Of a stretch of DNA of 64,000 bases, positions 15,713 through 24,471 are shown in pieces. The notes below the pieces were generated by a model that saw nothing but the letters and a program-made list of their open reading frames with translations, ran no database searches and was not told where the DNA came from. The first letter of the stretch is position 1. Every line of letters starts with the position of its first letter. Made by a program: the position numbers and the translations under genes. This stretch comes from Candidatus Omnitrophota bacterium (GTDB taxonomy: Bacteria; Omnitrophota; Gorgyraeia; Duberdicusellales; 4484-171). The DNA lies in contig JBAZGN010000001.1 in NCBI GenBank assembly GCA_041652815.1, positions 637,855 through 701,854 on the forward strand, written 5' to 3'.

Positions 15713-17147
15713 TAGAAAAATATTTTCTCCCGCCTTGTTCAACTTCTGGCTGTTTATAGCTTTTGCTCTGGGAATAATAACCGGGTTTTATTTTCCTTCT
15801 TTTTTGGTATTTGCGCTGCTATTTATTTTTTCTGTAAGCCTAATCTTTATTTTTTCCCACCGCCAGAAATTTTTGTTTTCAGATATTTTTATAATGATTT
15901 TGTTTTTATCTTTAGGTGCATTATGGTACTTGCCATTTAGCTGCCAGAATATAGATAACTTTTTAGGAAAAGGAGAGACTTTTGTTTTAAAAGTATCTTC
16001 CCTGCCGAAAGAAAATATTTCCAGGAATACTTTTCTTGCTGATATAAAAAAGATTAATGATAATCGTATAACTCAAAGAGCCAGGGTCATTGATTACTCA
16101 AAAGAGATGGCCTATTTAAATGATTATGAGGCTAAAGCTCGGCTTTCCAAAGTAACAATCAGAAATATGGATTTTTATACACTTTGGGTAAAATCAAATC
16201 CCGTTCCAAAAAAATTATCTATTAGCCTATTGGATAAATTTAACCGCAAAATGACTTACCGGCTTTTAAGTATTTTAAAAACTAATCTTACTGATGAAAG
16301 TTACAGATTTATTGCTTCGGTATTTCTGGGCAGGCGTGAACTGTTAAGTAAAGAAGAGAAGGATGCTTTTACTAATGCCGGAATTTCTCATTTACTTGCG
16401 ATAAGTGGTTCAAACATAGGTTTAACTGCTTTAGTTTTGTTTTTTATCTTTAAGCTGTTTAATATTAAATTCAGAATATGCCTGATCCTGTCAGTATTCT
16501 TTCTATTTGTTTATACATTGATAACCGGAGCAAATCCGCCTACACTGCGGGCAGTGATTATGTATACTGCATTTTCCCTAAGTTTTTTTGTGAAAAGAAA
16601 ATTAAATCCGTTTAATTCACTTGGTTCGGCTGGCCTTGTTTGTTTGGTTGTAAACCCTTTATGGCTATTTGATGTAGGCTTCCAGTTGTCTTTTCTTTCC
16701 ATATTTTCTCTCATTCTGGGGTTTAAAATGTTTCCCATAAAACAATCCAATGCAGGATTCTTCAACCAGCTGCAATATCTTTTCTTTTCTTCGCTATATG
16801 TAACATTGCTGATTACGCCGCTGGTTTCCTATTATTTTGGAAGGGTGTACATATTAAGTGTTTTGAACAATATAATACTCATCCCGTTTTTTACGCTCAT
16901 TCTCATTGTTAATTTTACACTGCTTGTTTTTTCTCCTTTAAAATTTATAGCCCAACCGATAGCTGCGGCACTGTCTACGCTTATTCCTTTATTTTATAAA
17001 GTTTCCCAGCTGCTAGGCTCAATTAAGTTTTCATTTATAACCTATAAATTTTCCATAGAAGTTGCCTTTATCTATTACATTGCAATTGCCGGTTTTATTA
17101 TTTTATTGAAGATATTGCCGCAAAAACGCACCCTGCAAATGGTTTGA
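15651..17147 (+). CDS. comEC: ComEC/Rec2-family competence membrane protein, short form without a metallo-beta-lactamase domain. The true start may be the internal ATG near 15708.
   Basis: Polytopic membrane protein with a competence-domain motif (ISHLLAISGSNIG). Confidence 0.55.
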   Translation: MVIGYWNLLGACILVIGYFMFRKIFSPALFNFWLFIAFALGIITGFYFPSFLVFALLFIFSVSLIFIFSHRQKFLFSDIFIMILFLSLGALWYLPFSCQNIDNFLGKGETFVLKVSSLPKENISRNTFLADIKKINDNRITQRARVIDYSKEMAYLNDYEAKARLSKVTIRNMDFYTLWVKSNPVPKKLSISLLDKFNRKMTYRLLSILKTNLTDESYRFIASVFLGRRELLSKEEKDAFTNAGISHLLAISGSNIGLTALVLFFIFKLFNIKFRICLILSVFFLFVYTLITGANPPTLRAVIMYTAFSLSFFVKRKLNPFNSLGSAGLVCLVVNPLWLFDVGFQLSFLSIFSLILGFKMFPIKQSNAGFFNQLQYLFFSSLYVTLLITPLVSYYFGRVYILSVLNNIILIPFFTLILIVNFTLLVFSPLKFIAQPIAAALSTLIPLFYKVSQLLGSIKFSFITYKFSIEVAFIYYIAIAGFIILLKILPQKRTLQMV

Positions 17148-17229
17148 CAAAATCAGGGGCTTTTGATATAGTCTTAACGCTCCCGTCTTCGCTAAAGTTA
17201 TGGCGGCCAGGGATTGGAAGGATTAAAAA

Positions 17230-18186
17230 ATGACTGCGCAGATTAAGAAAATTATCATCTTTTGTATCGTAGCGATAATGCCGTTTGAGGCTTATTCTTT
17301 CTGGATTTGGTCGCCGAAAACACAGAAATGGAAAGATCCAAAATATTCCGCACTGGCCACCCCATTTTTACAGTTTAAAGAAGCAGAAAAATTCTTTAAC
17401 GAGAAGAAATATAAAGAAGCGCTTCAGGAATTCAAGAAGCTTATCATCCATTATCCTGACTCCAAAGAAGCCGCAGATGCGCAATATTATATAGGCAGGT
17501 GTTTTGAAGAGCTTAGCCAGCCCTATCAGGCATTTCTAGAATATCAAAAAGTTATAGAAAGTTACCCCAACAGCCAGCGTATAAATGAGATAATTGAGCG
17601 TGAATATAATATAGGAGAATATTTTCTAAACCGAGAGCCAAAAAAATGGCTTGGTGTTTCTGTCTATGATTTTGTTGATCATCCGGCGATTGAAATTTTC
17701 AAGAAGATAATAGATAAAGTGCCTTATTCTCCGTATGCTGCAAAAGCACAGTATAAAATGGGAATGTTATTACTTAAGCTAGGCCGTTATGAAGAGGCAA
17801 TGGATTCATTCCAGAAGGTCGGCGATAATTACCCGGATAGTGAATGGGCTTCCCCGGCAAAATATCAATTAGCTATTGCAACCGCAAAGGCAAGCGGAGG
17901 AGCAGACTATGATTCAACCGCGATTGAAGAGGCGACAAGAAAACTCGATGAATTTATAAAAACCCATCCGGAAGCAGATATTTCTCCCCAGGCAACGGCA
18001 CAGTTAAAGGAATTACGTAATCGTGAGGCAAAGAAAAATTTTGATATCGCGCAATTTTACGAAATACAAAGGCAATATAAGGCAGCTAAAGTTTACTATG
18101 ATATAGTTATCGACAGGTATTCAGACACGGATTATGTAGGTAAGACTGAAGAAGCCCTAAGGAAGCTTAAGGAAAAAATGAAATGA
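17230..18186 (+). CDS. BamD-like TPR outer-membrane assembly factor (tentative).
   Basis: Signal peptide, TPR-like repeats, YPDS/YPNS motifs typical of BamD/YfiO-like proteins. Confidence 0.4.
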   Translation: MTAQIKKIIIFCIVAIMPFEAYSFWIWSPKTQKWKDPKYSALATPFLQFKEAEKFFNEKKYKEALQEFKKLIIHYPDSKEAADAQYYIGRCFEELSQPYQAFLEYQKVIESYPNSQRINEIIEREYNIGEYFLNREPKKWLGVSVYDFVDHPAIEIFKKIIDKVPYSPYAAKAQYKMGMLLLKLGRYEEAMDSFQKVGDNYPDSEWASPAKYQLAIATAKASGGADYDSTAIEEATRKLDEFIKTHPEADISPQATAQLKELRNREAKKNFDIAQFYEIQRQYKAAKVYYDIVIDRYSDTDYVGKTEEALRKLKEKMK

Positions 18187-18701
18187 AAAAACTTTTAATT
18201 TTTGCCTTCATTTTGCTTTGCGGCTGCGGATATACAACCAGGGGTTTTGTCTATAGCAGCAATAAAATATACATAGCGCCTGCAGTCAATAAAATAAATA
18301 TAACAAGCGAAGACAGGCGGTATTCGACGTTTACCGCTTACCCGGTATTACTTGAGCAGCGCCTTACAAATAAAATAATAAATAAATTTAATATAGACGG
18401 CCATCTTAAGGTTGTAAGTGAAGAAGGGGATAATCTTAAATTATTCTCTGAAGTTACGGAATACCTGAAAGAAACAATGCGTTACAACGATAGCGAAGAC
18501 GTAAAAGAGCAGAGATTGCGCCTGCATGTTAAAATGAAACTTCTAGGCCCGGACGGTAACGTAATAAAAGAAAGAGAGATTGTTGGAGAGACCAGTTTCT
18601 TTCTTACAGGCCCTAATAGTATAAGCGAAACCACCGCACAAGAAAAACTTATAGATGATACTTCCAGAAGGATTTTAGAGGTTGTTGTTGAAGAATGGTA
18701 A
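18183..18701 (+). CDS. lptE: LPS-assembly lipoprotein LptE-like.
   Basis: Lipobox LLCGCG; about 170 aa; the order leuS ... lptE-holA matches E. coli leuS-lptE-holA. Confidence 0.5.
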   Translation: MKKLLIFAFILLCGCGYTTRGFVYSSNKIYIAPAVNKINITSEDRRYSTFTAYPVLLEQRLTNKIINKFNIDGHLKVVSEEGDNLKLFSEVTEYLKETMRYNDSEDVKEQRLRLHVKMKLLGPDGNVIKEREIVGETSFFLTGPNSISETTAQEKLIDDTSRRILEVVVEEW

Positions 18702-19384
18702 CTACAAATACAAGGGTTTTTTTTATTTCCGGCACGGATTTTACGGCTCGACGGCTCATAATAGAGAATATCAAGAAGAAAATACTTCAAGGAAGCGCAA
18801 GCCTTTTAAGTGTCCTCAATTTCTATCCTAAAGAAATAAATATAAAAGATTTACAGGAAAAAATTTTACTTTCGTCTTTCGATGAAAAGAAAATACTTAT
18901 TTTTAAAGACGTTTATAATTTATCAAAAGAGGCGAAAGATTTTTTTTACAACAATCTAAGTAAAATAATTTCCAATAATTACGTAATTTTTGAAGCAGAG
19001 GCCGATTCTTTAAGAAATAAAAAAATATCGACGGATAAATTCTTTAGTTTTATTCTTGCGAAAGCGGCATGCTATAAAGCAGGCTCAAGTCCATACACAG
19101 TAAACTTTGATGATTTTAAAAAAAGTATAAGGCAGAATAATATAACGCAGGCAATATATGTTTTGGATAAATTGTTTGAAGAAAAATCCAGCGATAATGA
19201 GAAAAAAACACTAGGACTTCAGCTTTTTGGTATTTTGGTCAGCGAATCTTCCTACCTTAGAAACGATACATTAAGAAAAAAATACCTCAATTATCTGTGG
19301 GAAGCAGACAGGGCAATAAAGGAAAGAGGATTTGACCCGAGGTTTGCTATTGAACTTTTTCTTTCCAGGAGCCTTGCAGCGTAA
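18695..19384 (+). CDS. DNA polymerase III delta subunit (HolA)-like, short.
   Basis: Position after lptE and a weak N-terminal match to the HolA pattern (FFISGTD ...); 229 aa. Confidence 0.35.
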   Translation: MVTTNTRVFFISGTDFTARRLIIENIKKKILQGSASLLSVLNFYPKEINIKDLQEKILLSSFDEKKILIFKDVYNLSKEAKDFFYNNLSKIISNNYVIFEAEADSLRNKKISTDKFFSFILAKAACYKAGSSPYTVNFDDFKKSIRQNNITQAIYVLDKLFEEKSSDNEKKTLGLQLFGILVSESSYLRNDTLRKKYLNYLWEADRAIKERGFDPRFAIELFLSRSLAA

Positions 19385-19399
19385 TATTTTTAAAGTATC

Positions 19400-19669
19400 T
19401 TAAGACTTCGCCGGAGCGTTGATTAATCTTGCTAGCTGGCTTTTCTTCCTGGATGCTTTTTTGGGATGAATTATGTTTTTGGAGGCGGCTTTATCGATTA
19501 TTTTATAAACCAAGCTTAATGCTTCTTTATTCTTTGCGGCATCCTTTTCTTCCAAGGTTTTTTTAAACTTTTTTAAAGCTGTTTTAAGTTGCTTGCTTAA
19601 GTTTAAGTTTCTTTCGCGGTTCTTCGCGTTTTGTCTTAGATCCTTTTTTGCGGCTCTTCTTTGTGGCAT
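19400..19669 (-). CDS. rpsT: 30S ribosomal protein S20.
   Basis: Basic N-terminus MPQRRAAKKDLRQNAKNRERN and the typical S20 length. Confidence 0.8.
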   Translation of the reverse strand: MPQRRAAKKDLRQNAKNRERNLNLSKQLKTALKKFKKTLEEKDAAKNKEALSLVYKIIDKAASKNIIHPKKASRKKSQLARLINAPAKS

Positions 19670-19754
19670 AAAAAATCTCCTTTTATTATTTCATTTATAT
19701 TATAATAGTTTAAGAATTCTATAAGAATATGCTAAATGTGTCAAGGGCTTTTTA

Positions 19755-19890
19755 TATACGCGAATATTCGCGTATATAACGCGAATGGCCGCGGACAAGA
19801 AATGTTAATTCGTACTAATAATTTATTCGCGTACATTAGCGTTTATACCTTTATAGCCCATAAAGATAGGAATTCGCGATAATTAGCGTT
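19755..19890. repeat. Family-6 element built from (A/T)CGCGAAT / ATTCGCG repeats, with a palindromic core ATACGCGAATATTCGCGTAT, upstream of murJ.
   Basis: A homologous element with CG-to-CA substitutions lies at 61722-61840 (ACACGAATATACACGAAT ... ACGAATGGCCACG vs ACGCGAATGGCCGCGG). Confidence 0.55.
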
Positions 19891-19895
19891 TAAAT

Positions 19896-21431
19896 ATGTT
19901 TAAAAAAATCATAAAACACACATCAATAATGACCATGGGCACGCTCCTTTCGCGTATTTTAGGCTTTATACGCGATATTTTGATGGCAAAGTTTTTCGGT
20001 ACTTCTGACGTGTTTGAAGCTTTTTTAGTAGCATTCAGGCTTCCGAATATCTTCCGTAGCATTTTTGCCGAAGGATTTACCGATAGCGTGGCGACACCGG
20101 TTATGTCTGAATATCACGGTGAAAAAGAGAAAATTTTTGAAATTGGGCAACGCCTGCTTTGTGTATTCTTCATTATTCTTTCCTTATTTACCCTTCTTGG
20201 GGTTATATTCAGCAAACAGCTGGTTATGCTTACCGCGCCTGGATATATACCCAATCTTTATAAATTTAATCTCGCGGTATCGTTTACTCGCATAACCTTT
20301 TTTTATCTCTTATTGATAGGGCTTTCTTCGGTTATGATTTCCGTGCTGTATTCTTTAAAAAAATTTTTCGTTCCCGCATTTAATCCAATTTTTTTAAACA
20401 TAACTTTTATCCCGGGCATATTATTTTTCAGTGGTTATTTTAAAAATTATATACTTGTTGTTTGTGTTATTGTCGCGGGTATTTTGGAATTGTTGTTTCC
20501 GTTATTCGCGCTTAAAAAAAATGGGTTCATTTTTAAATTCAATATCAAAGCTTCGCTAAATGACTCAGTGCTAAGAAAAATGTTTAAATTGTTTCTGCCA
20601 AGAATCTGGTCGAGCGTAGTCTATCAGCTTAATGTTTTTGTTGATACTATTTTTGCATCTTTCTCGCAAATTACAGGCATAGGTGCACTGGCTGCTGTAA
20701 ATTATGCTAATAGATTGATACAGCTGCCATTTGCTTTGATTGTCCTTTCTATTACCCCGGTTATAGTGGTTGACCTTTCAAAACACCATAAAGATGGCAA
20801 TCTCGAAGATTTCAAAAAACTTCTGGTTTTTTCTTTTCAGAATGTAATATTTTTTGTCGTGCCGATTGCGTTATTATTTATATTTTTACCAAAGGCCTTG
20901 ATAGACGTTTTATTCAAAAGAGGAGAGTTCGGTATTTCTTCTTTGAATATCACTTCTTCCGTACTTTTTTTCTATGCTTTTGGCGTGTTTTTCTTTTGCG
21001 TAAATCGCCTGTTGGTTACTTCATTCTATGCCTTTAAGGATACCCGTACCCCGGCAAAAATAGCTACAATTGCGCTTTTGATAAATGCCAGCCTAAGCGC
21101 CATCTTGATGTTTCCTTTAAAAATAGGCGGAGTTGCGCTTGCAACATCTATCTCGGCAGGGGTAAGCTGCATTTTACTTTATGTGTCTCTTGTGAAAAGA
21201 ATCGGAAAAATTAATTGGGACAACACAAAAGAGCAGGCCCGCAAAGTAATTTTACTTAGCTTTTTTGTTGTTTTGTTGTGTAGTTTGCTTTGGGCTAATT
21301 TGCCGTACAATAAGTACCTTAAAACTTTGATGATTTCAGGCTTGTCATTAGTAATATTCCTGGGCCTAGGTTTTGTCCTTAAGCTTAAACAGGTTATATA
21401 TTTAAAACAATGGATATTAAAGAAAAGATAA
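19896..21431 (+). CDS. murJ: Lipid II flippase MurJ.
   Basis: N-terminal GTLLSRILGFIRD and a polytopic membrane protein of about 510 aa. Confidence 0.85.
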   Translation: MFKKIIKHTSIMTMGTLLSRILGFIRDILMAKFFGTSDVFEAFLVAFRLPNIFRSIFAEGFTDSVATPVMSEYHGEKEKIFEIGQRLLCVFFIILSLFTLLGVIFSKQLVMLTAPGYIPNLYKFNLAVSFTRITFFYLLLIGLSSVMISVLYSLKKFFVPAFNPIFLNITFIPGILFFSGYFKNYILVVCVIVAGILELLFPLFALKKNGFIFKFNIKASLNDSVLRKMFKLFLPRIWSSVVYQLNVFVDTIFASFSQITGIGALAAVNYANRLIQLPFALIVLSITPVIVVDLSKHHKDGNLEDFKKLLVFSFQNVIFFVVPIALLFIFLPKALIDVLFKRGEFGISSLNITSSVLFFYAFGVFFFCVNRLLVTSFYAFKDTRTPAKIATIALLINASLSAILMFPLKIGGVALATSISAGVSCILLYVSLVKRIGKINWDNTKEQARKVILLSFFVVLLCSLLWANLPYNKYLKTLMISGLSLVIFLGLGFVLKLKQVIYLKQWILKKR

Positions 21432-22627
21432 AAAGTTTACCGCTAAGTTGCGGCGTCTACATAATGAAATCTAAAAAAGGCGAAGTGCTTTATGTTGGTA
21501 AAGCATCTTCTTTGAAGCGCCGCGTTGCCAGTTACTTTTTAAAAAATGTTTCTCTCAAGACTGGCTTTCTTATGGCAAGAGTTTGCGATATTAATTATAT
21601 AGAGTGTGACAGTGAAGAGCAGGCTTTGGTTTTGGAGGCAGCTTTGATAAAGGAAAAAAAGCCAAAGTACAATATTGCTCTTCGTGATGATAAAAGTTAT
21701 CCGTTTGTTGAGATAACCCAGGAACAATTTCCGCGCGTTTTTATAACCAGGAAAAGAACGAATAAAAAAAGCCTTTATTTCGGGCCATATCCGGATGTAG
21801 GCACTTTAAAATCAGTGCTTAACATGATAAGGAGAATTTTTTCTTATTGTTCCTGCAAGTGTTTTAAGAATACAGAGTGCCTTTTTGCTCACATTAAACT
21901 TTGCCCGGCACCTTGCGTGGGTAAGATATCGCAAGCTCTGTACAAAGAGAATATCGAAGGCATAAAAAGAGTGCTTAAGGGAGAAAGAGAAGAGCTTATG
22001 AGCGCTTTGCGTGTAAAGATGCGAAAACTATCGCAGAGGAAAAGGTACGAAGAAGCTGCAGCCGCGCGGGATAAAATAATTGCTTTAGAAAACCTTTATA
22101 AAGGAAAAAATCTTACGCATGAGTTAATTGCCCTTAGGGAAGCATTAAATCTTTCTTCTTTGCCGCTTCAGATAGAAGCAATAGATATTTCATCCTTAAG
22201 CGGTACAAATGCAACAGGCTCGGTAGTTGTTTTTAAAAATGCGGTAGCAGATAAAAATTCATATCGCCGCTATAGGATAAAAGAAGTATTTTCTACGGAT
22301 GATTATGCAATGATAGCTGAGGTTGTCCGAAGAAGATATCGCAGGCTATTAGATGAGAAAAGAAATCTTCCGGAGCTTATTGTCATAGACGGCGGCCTTG
22401 GCCATGTTCAGGCGGCAAAAATGGAATTGGATAAATTGCAGCTTAAAACGCCTGTTATAAGTATAGCTAAAAGAAATGAAGAAATATGGTTTGCCGGCAA
22501 ATCTAAGCCATTAGTTATACCAAAAGATAGTGCGGCTTTACATTTAATCCAGCGTTTACGCGATGAAGCGCACAGATTTGCGCGTAAGTATCATTTATTG
22601 TTGAGGAAAAAGAAAACAATAAATTAG
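21410..22627 (+). CDS. uvrC: Excinuclease ABC subunit C (UvrC), lacking the C-terminal (HhH)2 domain.
   Basis: GIY-YIG (GVYIMKSKKGEVLYVGKASSLKRR), a UVR domain, and LRDEAHRFARKYH near the C-terminus; 405 aa. Confidence 0.7.
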   Translation: MDIKEKIKSLPLSCGVYIMKSKKGEVLYVGKASSLKRRVASYFLKNVSLKTGFLMARVCDINYIECDSEEQALVLEAALIKEKKPKYNIALRDDKSYPFVEITQEQFPRVFITRKRTNKKSLYFGPYPDVGTLKSVLNMIRRIFSYCSCKCFKNTECLFAHIKLCPAPCVGKISQALYKENIEGIKRVLKGEREELMSALRVKMRKLSQRKRYEEAAAARDKIIALENLYKGKNLTHELIALREALNLSSLPLQIEAIDISSLSGTNATGSVVVFKNAVADKNSYRRYRIKEVFSTDDYAMIAEVVRRRYRRLLDEKRNLPELIVIDGGLGHVQAAKMELDKLQLKTPVISIAKRNEEIWFAGKSKPLVIPKDSAALHLIQRLRDEAHRFARKYHLLLRKKKTIN

Positions 22628-22718
22628 CTTTCAGCCTTCAGTCGTCAGCCTTCAGCCCCCCCAAGGGGTGCCCTTGAAGGGCAGCTGACAGCTGAGAGCT
22701 GACAGCTGAGAGCTGAAA
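22628..22718. repeat. Family-3 palindromic element, (CAGCCTTCAG)n - CCCCCCCAAGGGGTGCCCTTGAAGGGC - (AGCTGACAGCTGAG)n.
   Basis: Second copy in the opposite orientation at 42961-43050. Confidence 0.6.
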
Positions 22719-22988
22719 ATGACTGATTTCGAAAAAAAAGTTTTAAGAATAGTTTCAAAAATACCTTTAGGCGAGGTGCGTAGTTACAAATGGGTAGCAA
22801 TAAAGGTAGGTAAGCCTTACGCTTATCGGGCAGTTGCCAACGCGCTGCATAAAAATCCTTTCCCAATGTTCATTCCCTGCCACCGGGTTATAAAATCATC
22901 TAAAAATACAGGTGGTTACGCCTTAGGCCAAAGGCTTAAGAAAGATTTAATAAAATTAGAGAAAAAGATAAAAGATGTGATAGAATAA
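22719..22988 (+). CDS. Small MGMT-family protein (O6-alkylguanine-DNA alkyltransferase DNA-binding domain with the active-site PCHRV).
   Basis: IPCHRVI motif; 89 aa. Confidence 0.6.
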   Translation: MTDFEKKVLRIVSKIPLGEVRSYKWVAIKVGKPYAYRAVANALHKNPFPMFIPCHRVIKSSKNTGGYALGQRLKKDLIKLEKKIKDVIE

Positions 22989-23037
22989 TACACAGATTGG
23001 CGCAGATTTGTAAGCGGATAGCCACAGACTTGAGAAA

Positions 23038-23168
23038 GTATCAGGTAACAGGCATCACGTAACACGTCATTGAATAAACAGAGAATTTAAAAAGCCGTGG
23101 TACGTCCACTCCAAGTGGACTCGCCTAAATATTTTTATATGGTGGCGAGGTTACGTGTGACGTGATAC
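23038..23168. repeat. Family-4 element, second copy, upstream of pilT.
   Basis: GTACGTCCACTCCAAGTGGACTCGCCTAAATATTTTTATATGGTGGCGAGGTTACGTGTGACGT, about 95% identical to 15116-15180. Confidence 0.6.
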
Positions 23169-23220
23169 ACAATCTATCTGCGATCATTTGCGATTATCTG
23201 TGTACTGAAGGAGGTTCAAA

Positions 23221-24291
23221 ATGCACTTTACGCAAATTCTGGATGCAATGATAGAAAAAGACGTTTCCGATATGTTTATAAGGGCAAATAGTAATTTAAG
23301 AGGAAGGTTGCATTCGCTGGTAGAGGTTATAAATGAAAATGTATTTAGCGTCGAGGATGTAGATAATATCGTAAAAGCTATAACCAGCGATAGGGACAAA
23401 GCGATGTTAAAGCAGCATAAAGGCTGCGAATTTACTTATTGGTATAAAGAGAATTGGCGTTTCCGCGTAAGCATATTTTATCAGAGAAACACGCTTTCTT
23501 TGGTAATGAGAAAGATTGATTTACGCATACCTACATTTGAACAGCTTAATTTGCCTGCCGGAGTTTTACAAAAATTTTCCGCACAACGTAGAGGCATGAT
23601 CCTTTTGACGGGCATAACTGGCAGCGGCAAGTCAACCACGATTGCAAGTATCATAGAATGCATGAACCAGAACTTTAAACGCCACATTTTAACCGTAGAA
23701 GAGCCTATAGAATTTACTTTTGTCGACAAGAAATCAATTATAAACCAAAGGGAAATAGGCACTGATGTTGAAACCTATGCTGATGCACTCAGGCAATTTA
23801 CGCTTCATTCCCCGGATGTAATTTACATAGGAAATATCCGCGACGAAGATACCTGCCGCGCAGCCCTGACGGCTGCGGAAACAGGAGTACTTGTTTTATC
23901 CACACTTCACACCGTTAATGCATCATCGACGATAGATAGATTAATAAATTTCTTTCCACCCCATCAGCACCACTTAGTCCTTGAGCAGCTGTCGTTTCTT
24001 TTAAAGGGAGTATTTTCACAAAGGTTATTGCCGCGGCAAGATATACCCGGCCTTATCCCCGCATACGAATCCATGGTGCTTAGCCCTTCTGTTTCCCGTC
24101 TCCTCATAGAAAATAAGGTGTGGGAAATTCCAAAGTATATCTCATCAGGTGATATCTATGGCATGAAGAGTTTTCATCAGTGTTTGCTTGAGCTTGTAAC
24201 AACGAAAAAGATTACTTCGGAAGTCGCCCTTGAATATGCTGACAAGAAAGAAGAACTTGAGATGGAGCTACGCAACAAAGGGTTAATGTGA
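23221..24291 (+). CDS. pilT: Type IV pilus retraction ATPase PilT-like.
   Basis: Walker A GITGSGKSTT, Asp box, His box. Confidence 0.8.
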   Translation: MHFTQILDAMIEKDVSDMFIRANSNLRGRLHSLVEVINENVFSVEDVDNIVKAITSDRDKAMLKQHKGCEFTYWYKENWRFRVSIFYQRNTLSLVMRKIDLRIPTFEQLNLPAGVLQKFSAQRRGMILLTGITGSGKSTTIASIIECMNQNFKRHILTVEEPIEFTFVDKKSIINQREIGTDVETYADALRQFTLHSPDVIYIGNIRDEDTCRAALTAAETGVLVLSTLHTVNASSTIDRLINFFPPHQHHLVLEQLSFLLKGVFSQRLLPRQDIPGLIPAYESMVLSPSVSRLLIENKVWEIPKYISSGDIYGMKSFHQCLLELVTTKKITSEVALEYADKKEELEMELRNKGLM

Positions 24292-24292
24292 A

Positions 24293-24468
24293 AAACCCTA
24301 AATCTTAAACCCTAAATCCAAAACAAATTCAAGTATCCAAAAGTTAGAATTAAAAATGGTTTTAGGTTTTGGGGAAGTTTGCGCTATAGGTTTCTTTAGA
24401 GTTTGGCGTTTTCCGCCTGAGGCGGATCCGCCCATATAAAAATATTAAGCTGGCGGAAGAGTTTAAAC
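24293..24468. repeat. Family-2 MITE-like element, second copy, with the GGATCC-palindrome module at 24411-24459.
   Basis: AAACCCTAAATCTTAAACCCTAAATCC ... GGTTTTAGGTTTTGG inverted ends; TTCCGCCTGAGGCGGATCCGCCCATATAAAAATATTAAGCTGGCGGAAG. Confidence 0.6.
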
Positions 24469-24471
24469 AAT

